Assembly: GCA_965206595.1 (NCBI GenBank)
Contig: OZ242214.1
Coordinates: forward strand, 1,952,001-2,016,000
From: Candidatus Latescibacterota bacterium
GTDB taxonomy: Bacteria > Latescibacterota > UBA2968 > UBA8231
Reading direction: 5' to 3'
Length of the DNA stretch: 64,000 bases
Both the position numbers and the translations under genes were made by a program. Position 1 is the first letter of the stretch. Every line of letters starts with the position of its first letter. Of this stretch, positions 57,150 through 64,000 are shown piece by piece. The notes under the pieces are model-generated. The model saw nothing but the letters and a program-made list of their open reading frames with translations. It was not told where the DNA came from and did no database searches.

Positions 57150-57947
57150 TCAGCGGCGGCCGGTCTCGCGTCGGGGTTTGCGGCCGTAGGTGATCGGGGC
57201 CTCCTTGTCCAGCCCCATTGGTTTATTTAGGTGCGACGGCTCCCCGACGGTTTCCTGAAACTCCCTGCCGGAGACCCTGTCCGCCTCTTCAGATGCCGCC
57301 TTCGGTCCTCCCTCCCCTGACCGCCGCCCCCGCGGCCTCGAGCGCTCGCCGCGGCGGTCGACTGGGGCCGCCTCCGCCTCCAAGCCGCTCACCTCCCCCA
57401 CGAATTCTGCGGGAATTTCCCGGGAAAGAATCACCTCTCCCCGGGCGTAGAACTCGATACCGCCCTCTTCGAAAGCCCGCTTTGCCTCGATTTCGACGAC
57501 GCACGGTACCCCCTCCTCGTGGCTGCGCGACTCGGCCATTTCCCTGGTCATGCTCAAGTGAAGATAGGAGCGGTCGACCGGACGCAGCCCTTCCTCGGCC
57601 ACCCTGCGGCCCGCATTGACAGTGGTCCCCATGAACAGCTTTTCCGGCGGCGGGTCGATCGGATCGTCGTCGATCTCCAAGTAGAAACTGTGGCCGTACA
57701 GGGCCCGGATGTAGTCCTCGACGATTTCGAACCGCTTTGGCTTCGAATCATCTACGAGCCTGCGAATATCCTCCTCGCCTACTTCGGAATAACGCTGCTG
57801 CACCGCCTCGGTAACCTCGTCGAGGGGGATATACCCGTATTCGTCCATATTGAGTCCGAATTCGTCCGGTCGGTGGCGCAGAATCAGGGACAGCAACTTC
57901 GAAATACGACGCCGGTCCACACCTCTTCTGGGTCTCTCTCTTTGCAT
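57150..57947 (-). CDS. kptA: RNA 2'-phosphotransferase (Tpt1/KptA)
   Basis: SKLLSLILRH.P, KRF, IRA.YGHS and HLS motifs; charged C-terminal tail. Confidence 0.88.
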   Translation of the reverse strand: MQRERPRRGVDRRRISKLLSLILRHRPDEFGLNMDEYGYIPLDEVTEAVQQRYSEVGEEDIRRLVDDSKPKRFEIVEDYIRALYGHSFYLEIDDDPIDPPPEKLFMGTTVNAGRRVAEEGLRPVDRSYLHLSMTREMAESRSHEEGVPCVVEIEAKRAFEEGGIEFYARGEVILSREIPAEFVGEVSGLEAEAAPVDRRGERSRPRGRRSGEGGPKAASEEADRVSGREFQETVGEPSHLNKPMGLDKEAPITYGRKPRRETGRR

Positions 57948-57983
57948 CTCGCTATCTGTTCTGTTTTTGCGTTCGACAGTTGC

Positions 57984-58433
57984 CTACGACCACTGATCGC
58001 GATAAGTATCGATTTCCCGGGCGATCTTCTCGTCCGACAACGCCAGGATCTGCGCCGCCAGCATGGCGGCGTTACGGGCGTTGTCGATCCCGACAGTGGC
58101 TACCGGAATTCCCGGCGGCATCTGCACGATCGAGTAGAGTGAATCCAATCCATTTAGGGCCCCAGACGCTACCGGCACCCCAATTACCGGAACCGTCGTA
58201 TGTGCCGCCAAAACACCGGGCAGGGCCGCCGCCAATCCCGCGCCGGCGATCAGTACCCGCAGTCCCCTGCCGCGCGCTTCTCGGGCGTACTCCGCAGTTC
58301 GCCCCGGGTTCCGATGCGCAGAAGAAACCACCATCTCGTACTCGACGCCGAGCTCGTCCAGGAGGTCGGCTCCTTTCTGCATGGTGGGTTCATCCGATTT
58401 ACTCCCCATAACTATGCCAACCTCGACAGCCAT
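57984..58433 (-). CDS. purE: N5-carboxyaminoimidazole ribonucleotide mutase
   Basis: [29 protein letters not shown] and S.VQMP.G.PVATV. Confidence 0.97.
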   Translation of the reverse strand: MAVEVGIVMGSKSDEPTMQKGADLLDELGVEYEMVVSSAHRNPGRTAEYAREARGRGLRVLIAGAGLAAALPGVLAAHTTVPVIGVPVASGALNGLDSLYSIVQMPPGIPVATVGIDNARNAAMLAAQILALSDEKIAREIDTYRDQWS

Positions 58434-58613
58434 TCGCTCCGCTCCCTGGTCCGATGTAGGCTCGCGGCGCATAAACTGTATCGGAACAACCAGATATGGG
58501 CCGCGCTAAAGCTCCTTTGTCCGGGCGCAAATGACAAAAAGGGGTAAATCGCTGTCAAGAGGGGGTCCGCAGACCGGCGGGCGGCACCCCCACCCATGAA
58601 GGGAGCCGGGGTG

Positions 58614-59762
58614 TCAATCCATTTTATGCCGCAGGATGGCGGGGTAGTCGAGATCGCCATTCCAGGTGGAATCTTTCTCTTCGGCATCCTCGCTTGTGGC
58701 CCGGGAAAACCCTCCGAACTCCGGCTGCATCGCCTCCTGCAAGGGGCGCTGCTGTCGCCTGGGAACCTCTTTCTCTTCGAGGTTTTCGTAGCGGTTCGCC
58801 CTCTTGTTGAGGTAAAAGCCAGTGGCTATGACGGTGACGCGCATTTCGTCGACCAGGTCTTCGTCGATTACGGTTCCGAAGATGATGTTGGCGTCATGTC
58901 CGGCAGATTCCTGGATGATCGAGGCCGCTTCATTGGCCTCGTATAGAGTGAGGTTCGAGCTGGAGGTAATGTTGATCAGGGCTCCCCTTGCACCCTCGAT
59001 GGAGACGTCTTCGAGCAGCGGACTGCTGATCGCTTTCTTCGCCGCTTCGAGAGAGCGGGTCTCCCCCTTGTGAGAACCAACGCCGATCATGGCGTCCCCC
59101 CCTTCGGTGATGACCGTCTTCACGTCGTTGAAATCAAGGTTGATCATGCCGGGAATGGTGATGAGGTCGGAGATCCCGCGCGTCGCCTGCAGCAGCACTT
59201 CGTCGGCACCGGCGAATGCTTCCTCGAGCGAGGTGTCGCGCGAGCAGATGGAAAGCAGGCGCTGATTCTTAATCACTATGAGCGTATCGACGTGCTCCTG
59301 CATCTCGGAGATCCCGGTCAGGGCATTGCGCATGCGCGGAAACCCTTCGAACTGGAACGGCTCCGTGACGATACCCACTGTCAAGGCCCCTTGATCCCTG
59401 GCGAGCTCGGCAACGACGGGAGCCGCCCCGGTTCCGGTTCCGCCCCCCATTCCGGCTGTGATGAATACGAGATCCGTGTCGGCGAGATGTTCGAGGACCT
59501 TGTCCCGGTCTTCTTCGATCGCCTGGCGTCCGATCTCCGGCTTGGCACCGGCGCCGAGTCCGCGGGTGATGTTGTCCCCGATGATGAGGCAGTGATCGGC
59601 CTTCGAGACGTCCAGGTCCTGACTGTCGGTGTTGATGGCGATGAATTCGACGCCGTGAACTCCCGCGTCAACCATGCGGTTAATCGCGTTTCCTCCCGCC
59701 CCGCCTACCCCAAGCACCTTGATACTCGCCTTCTGGTCGTAATCGAGAATCTTAAACGTCAT
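58614..59762 (-). CDS. ftsZ: cell division protein FtsZ
   Basis: [30 protein letters not shown] and C-terminal DLDYPAILR peptide. Confidence 0.98.
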   Translation of the reverse strand: MTFKILDYDQKASIKVLGVGGAGGNAINRMVDAGVHGVEFIAINTDSQDLDVSKADHCLIIGDNITRGLGAGAKPEIGRQAIEEDRDKVLEHLADTDLVFITAGMGGGTGTGAAPVVAELARDQGALTVGIVTEPFQFEGFPRMRNALTGISEMQEHVDTLIVIKNQRLLSICSRDTSLEEAFAGADEVLLQATRGISDLITIPGMINLDFNDVKTVITEGGDAMIGVGSHKGETRSLEAAKKAISSPLLEDVSIEGARGALINITSSSNLTLYEANEAASIIQESAGHDANIIFGTVIDEDLVDEMRVTVIATGFYLNKRANRYENLEEKEVPRRQQRPLQEAMQPEFGGFSRATSEDAEEKDSTWNGDLDYPAILRHKMD

Positions 59763-59852
59763 TTTTTCCTCCTTTGAGGGGACTGTGGGTTGAGGGCTGT
59801 CGCAGCGACTGCCCTCCTTCGGTTGATTTTCACGCTTCGGAGTATTCGCCGC

Positions 59853-61097
59853 CTACAGGAACATCGTTATCCAATTCCTCATGCGGCCGGCAGCTGTCTC
59901 GAGGAAGCCTGGACTGGTTCCTTCCCGGTACTGGCGGAAACCGCAGCTGTCCGCATCGTCGGCCGCCATCAGCACCAACCCCAGGACAGTCGCAAAGCAA
60001 GGATTCGCCAAACCTTCGCCGACGCCGGGAAACGCGGCCGGAACTCCCAGCCTTACCGGAATTCCGATTGATCTCTCGGCGAGCTCAGCCGCTCCCTCGA
60101 CGAGGGCCCCACCTCCGGTCAGCACGATTCCCGCACCCAAGCGGTCGCCGTACCCGCTGTTCTCGATCTCTCGCCGGACCATGGCGAAGATCTCTTCCAT
60201 GCGCGCCTCGATTATGGTTGCGAGATCCCTTTTCGCGACCTCCACCGGTTTGCGTCCCGACACTCCCTTCAGTTCGACGATGCCGTTTTCGTCGGCGCAC
60301 TCCGGCAGGGCCGTCCCGTAGCGGCACTTCAGGTCCTCCGCCAGGGACCAACTGGTGCGCAGGCAGATCGCGATGTCGCTGGTGGCGTTCTGTCCTCCGA
60401 CGCCGACCACGGTGGTGCGGCGTACCGAGCCCTCGGAATGAATCGCCAGATCGGTTGTGCCGCCTCCGATATCGACGACGCAAACCCCAACCTCCCTCTC
60501 CTCTTCCCGCAATACCGCGCGGCTGGATGCCAGCGGCTCGAGAATAAGGCCGTTCACCTCGATCTCCGTTCGCTGGATGTTCCTGCTGATGTTGCGCACC
60601 GAGGTGACGGCCCCCGTGACGATGTGCACCGAAGACTCGAGGCGTACCCCCGTCATGCCAACGGGGTCACGGATGCCGGTCTGGTTGTCGATTGAGAATT
60701 CCTGAGGGAGCACGTGAAGGACCTCGCGATCGAAAGGAATCGCCACGGTCCGGGCGGCTTCGACGACTCGGTTTCGATCCTCCTCGGTGATCTCGAGCCC
60801 GCCGTCGTCGCCTACCGCGATCGAGCCCCGGCTGTCGAAACCACGAATGTGTTCACCTGAGATGCCGGCATACACGGCCTCTATTTCAATACCTGCCATC
60901 AGCTCGGCCTGGTGCACCGCCCCCTTCACCGCTTGCACGGTCTTTTCCGCGTCGACAACCGTCCCCCTGCGCAAGCCATCGGAGGGGGTGCGCCCGTACC
61001 CGATGATTTCGACACCCTCCGCTCCGAGCTCTGCAATGACGACGGAGATTTTGGTCGTTCCGAGATCGAGCCCAACTACTCTGTTGTCGCGTCGCAT
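59853..61097 (-). CDS. ftsA: cell division protein FtsA (dcw copy)
   Basis: GLDLGTTK, LHVLPQEF.ID, DPVGM.GVRLE, DIGGGTTD and VLTGGG; located between ftsQ and ftsZ. Confidence 0.96.
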   Translation of the reverse strand: MRRDNRVVGLDLGTTKISVVIAELGAEGVEIIGYGRTPSDGLRRGTVVDAEKTVQAVKGAVHQAELMAGIEIEAVYAGISGEHIRGFDSRGSIAVGDDGGLEITEEDRNRVVEAARTVAIPFDREVLHVLPQEFSIDNQTGIRDPVGMTGVRLESSVHIVTGAVTSVRNISRNIQRTEIEVNGLILEPLASSRAVLREEEREVGVCVVDIGGGTTDLAIHSEGSVRRTTVVGVGGQNATSDIAICLRTSWSLAEDLKCRYGTALPECADENGIVELKGVSGRKPVEVAKRDLATIIEARMEEIFAMVRREIENSGYGDRLGAGIVLTGGGALVEGAAELAERSIGIPVRLGVPAAFPGVGEGLANPCFATVLGLVLMAADDADSCGFRQYREGTSPGFLETAAGRMRNWITMFL

Positions 61098-61100
61098 TGA

Positions 61101-61961
61101 TCAACCGCCCATCTGTCGACGACGCCTGGTTTTGGCGGCGAGACGCGGTCCGACGACGACTTGGCCGTCGTAACGCAGGTCGACGTACGCAGGGGGGAAA
61201 CCCTTCTTCCCGTAGATCCGGCTCATCATCCGCTTCAGGAGACGCATGTGCTTTGCCGCCTCGGTCGCCGGCACCCTGACCTCCAAGCCGTCAGCAACCA
61301 TCCTCAGAGCCAGGGCTCCGTCCGACAGCGGTTCGATCGTCGAAACGTTGCGGCTGAAGGAGCTGTCTCCATGCACCGCTTCGGTCAGCCAGCCCAGAAT
61401 CGCGTAGAGCGACGAATCGGGGATCACATCTCCGGATTGCAGCGAGTCCCAGCCGGCGCCCTCACACCGGATCACGGGCAGGTCGAGGTCGGCGATTCGC
61501 TCCCCGGGCAGCGGGCGGGCGGGCAGGACTATTCCCTCGGCATCGACCCCGAAGGGATCGCCGCCTGCGTCGAGCCAGGCCAAGCGCCGCCGCTCTTTGA
61601 CAGCAACGTAAATGCGATCGGGAGGACGCACGTGAGCGCGCGCGCTCCTGATCCAGGGCAGCTCCTCGAGTCGGCTGGCCAGCGAATCGAGGTCCACGGC
61701 GAAAATGTTGTCCCCCGCCCGCAGTCTGCTGGCGGCACGAATGTCCGCACCCGACAAGGTTCGGAGTCCGCGAACCTCGAGCGCCGCGAGCCGCAAATCC
61801 CTCGATTCGGAGATCTCCGCGCCAACCCATGCTGCCCCGCCGACCGCGGCCGCGGCTACTACGGCGACGAGCAACCTGCGACCGCGCGTGCCGCTCCCCT
61901 CCCTGTGCGGATAGGCTCCTCCGACTCTCACCATTCGTCGGGCTCGCAAGCGTCGCGTCAC
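61101..61961 (-). CDS. ftsQ: cell division protein FtsQ/DivIB
   Basis: Basic N-terminus, TM, POTRA (LE.LPWI..A.....PD.I.V.V.ER) and C-terminal YVDLRY; synteny. Confidence 0.88.
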   Translation of the reverse strand: MTRRLRARRMVRVGGAYPHREGSGTRGRRLLVAVVAAAAVGGAAWVGAEISESRDLRLAALEVRGLRTLSGADIRAASRLRAGDNIFAVDLDSLASRLEELPWIRSARAHVRPPDRIYVAVKERRRLAWLDAGGDPFGVDAEGIVLPARPLPGERIADLDLPVIRCEGAGWDSLQSGDVIPDSSLYAILGWLTEAVHGDSSFSRNVSTIEPLSDGALALRMVADGLEVRVPATEAAKHMRLLKRMMSRIYGKKGFPPAYVDLRYDGQVVVGPRLAAKTRRRRQMGG

Positions 61962-63391
61962 GGTCGGGGCCCTGAACCTGTTTGCCTCGCCAGGAGATCG
62001 ACCGTCTTCTTCGCCGCCTCTCCGATATCCCCCGCACCGAGAAAGAGAACGAGATCGCCGGGAACGCAGACCGCCGCTACTGCGGCCGGGAGATCGAGCT
62101 TGTTCGGAGTGTACTGAACCGGTTCATACCCATGCTGCCTCATGGCATCGCGCAGGGAGCCGGCGCTCCCTCCCTCTGCCCCGCTCTCCCGGGCTCCGTA
62201 CACGTCGGTGAGAAAGACGCGGTCAGCTGCCATCAGCGCCGCGGCGAACTGTTGCAGGAACACCCGTGTTCTCGAAAACAGGTGCGGCTGGAATGTCGCG
62301 GTTACCGGCCTCTTCATGACCCGGGCGGCCTCAATGGCCGCGCCGACCTCGGTCGGGTGGTGGGCGTAGTCTTCGACGACGAGAATGCCGCCGGCTTCTC
62401 CCTTGATCTCGAAGCGCCGCTCGACTCCGGTAAAACCGGAAAGGGCCGACCTGATCGCCTCGGCGTCGACCCCGAGCGAATGGGCTGCGGCCGCAGCCGC
62501 AGCCGCGTTCATCACGTTGTGACGACCTGGCACGCCGACCGAGATTTCGACCGCCTCCCCTGTTGGCGAATCGGTACTCAGCCTGAAACGGCTTCCGAGC
62601 GCCGCAAGTTCGATCTCCTCGGGCCGGTACTCGTTTGACGGATCGATGCCGAAGGCCGCGACAGACTTTCCCGCCAGCCTTCCGGAAACGGTCCGGCACC
62701 CCGGATCATCGCCGTTGAGAAGCAGGAGCCCGCCGGCAGGCGTCCCTGAGGCGAACTCCGCAAAAGCGTCGACGACCTCCTCTTCGCTGCGGTAGGTGTC
62801 GACGAGATGCTCGGCCTCGACGTTTGTTATGAGGGCCATCCACGGCTTCAGGTGCAGAAAACCGCGGTCGTATTCATCCGCTTCGAGGACGAGGAGCTCA
62901 CCGCTTCCCAGTCCGGCGAGAGCGCGACCGTCTTTGCGGCCACCGATGAGGCGGGAGGGATCACAGCCGCTTTCCCGCAGGATCTCGAACAGCATGCTGG
63001 CCGTCGTCGTCTTGCCGTGGGTGCCGGCTACGGCGACCGTGCGGAACGAGTGCGACAGATCGGCTACCAGCCGTGCCCGGGAAACGGTGTCGATACCGAG
63101 GAGGCGAGCCGCGGCCAATTCCGGGTTTTCCCGTGGCACCGCGGCTGAGTAGACCATGAGAGAAACATCTTCGCAGACGAAATCTGCGCTGTGCCCGGCC
63201 TGCACCGCGACGCCGTCCGCTTCCAGATTGTCCAGCGCCGGCGAGGGATCCCGGTCCGATCCGCTGACCTTGCATCCGAGCTGCATCAGCAGACGGGCCA
63301 GACCCTCCATACCCACGCCGCCGACTCCGACGAGATGGACATGGGCGCCGGAGTCCGCCAAGGCGCGCAGTCGCTGGTCGTTCAGTCTCAT
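61958..63391 (-). CDS. murC: UDP-N-acetylmuramate--L-alanine ligase
   Basis: HLVGVGG.GM.GLA, SGSD, AGTHGKTTT, EADEYD, RRFE, DYAHHPTE and FQPHL.SRT; ATGA overlap with the ftsW stop. Confidence 0.95.
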   Translation of the reverse strand: MRLNDQRLRALADSGAHVHLVGVGGVGMEGLARLLMQLGCKVSGSDRDPSPALDNLEADGVAVQAGHSADFVCEDVSLMVYSAAVPRENPELAAARLLGIDTVSRARLVADLSHSFRTVAVAGTHGKTTTASMLFEILRESGCDPSRLIGGRKDGRALAGLGSGELLVLEADEYDRGFLHLKPWMALITNVEAEHLVDTYRSEEEVVDAFAEFASGTPAGGLLLLNGDDPGCRTVSGRLAGKSVAAFGIDPSNEYRPEEIELAALGSRFRLSTDSPTGEAVEISVGVPGRHNVMNAAAAAAAAHSLGVDAEAIRSALSGFTGVERRFEIKGEAGGILVVEDYAHHPTEVGAAIEAARVMKRPVTATFQPHLFSRTRVFLQQFAAALMAADRVFLTDVYGARESGAEGGSAGSLRDAMRQHGYEPVQYTPNKLDLPAAVAAVCVPGDLVLFLGAGDIGEAAKKTVDLLARQTGSGPRP

Positions 63392-64000
63392 CGCACCGCC
63401 ACCGAAGCATTCGCCACGACCGGCATTCCAGGGGTCGACTGCGCGGCTCTGAGCGGCCTCAGCCTTCGCAGAAGGCTGCCGAACCGGGACAGCCTTGCTG
63501 CGGAAAACGGTGACGGGGGCTGCCCGGTCTCTCGGGCGACCGCGGCGAGAATCCCGATTCCGCTGAGATTCCACAGCAGTGAGGAACCTCCGTAACTGAC
63601 CAGCGGCAGCGGCAGTCCCGTGGTCGGCAGAATGCCGGTGACCACGCCGACGTTGATCGCCGCATACACCGAGATCATGACCGTGATCCCGGCCGCGACC
63701 AAGAATCCGTGATAGGTCTGGGCATCGCAGGCGATGCGATATCCGTGGATGGCGACGGCGGCGAAGAGGGCGATCACGCTCAGCGAGCCCGCCAGCCCCA
63801 GTTCTTCCCCGATAAAGGCAAAGACGAAGTCAGTGTGCGGCTCGGGCAGGAAGTACTTCTGGACGCTGTCACCCAGGCCGACCCCCAAAAACCCACCGCT
63901 GCCCAGAGCGAGCAGCGACTGGGAGACCTGAAAGCCCGCTCCCCGGGGATCGGCACCGTGAAGGAAGCTGGTCAAACGCTGCATCTGGTAGGGAGAACTG
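63388..64000 (-). CDS. ftsW: SEDS protein FtsW, 5' part outside the window
   Basis: Q..QSL.A.GSGG..G.GLG, LPEPHTDF.F..IGEE.G and P.TGL.LP.VSYGGSS; dcw context. Confidence 0.92.
   Translation of the reverse strand, partial: SSPYQMQRLTSFLHGADPRGAGFQVSQSLLALGSGGFLGVGLGDSVQKYFLPEPHTDFVFAFIGEELGLAGSLSVIALFAAVAIHGYRIACDAQTYHGFLVAAGITVMISVYAAINVGVVTGILPTTGLPLPLVSYGGSSLLWNLSGIGILAAVARETGQPPSPFSAARLSRFGSLLRRLRPLRAAQSTPGMPVVANASVAVR

Overview
GC-rich bacterial chromosome segment made up mostly of housekeeping genes. The gene styles (short RpoD/SigA-type sigma factor, RNase Y, Wzi-like protein, GT2/radical-SAM pair) suggest an FCB-group lineage such as Latescibacterota or Gemmatimonadota; this is an inference. 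It carries about 50 CDSs, including dxr, rny, sodA, iscU, eno, ssb, mltG, pcrA/uvrD, mtaB, miaB, kptA, purE and the end of a dcw cluster (ftsW-murC-ftsQ-ftsA-ftsZ). It also has tRNA-Asn (partial), tRNA-Thr(CGT), a complete IS3-family and a complete IS630-family element (both with inverted repeats and target duplications), three genes with +1 frameshifts, and two or three decayed remnants. No CRISPR array, rRNA or prophage is visible. Best leads: (1) a candidate sigma-54-driven, hairpin-rich, GGA-rich small RNA transcribed divergently from the sigma factor gene; (2) a second, stand-alone, intact-looking ftsA with its own promoter; (3) tandem NrdR-type boxes with no nrd gene, sitting in front of a tRNA; (4) a 4-hydroxybutyryl-CoA dehydratase homologue lacking its Fe-S cysteines; (5) an SNF2 ATPase with a C-terminal SWIM finger; (6) a USP-USP-PTS EIIA fusion; (7) a Wzi-GT2-rSAM/SPASM-GT2 envelope locus; (8) an IS3 whose orfB is in the +1 frame behind an A9 run. 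All calls come from reading motifs by eye; no database searches were run.
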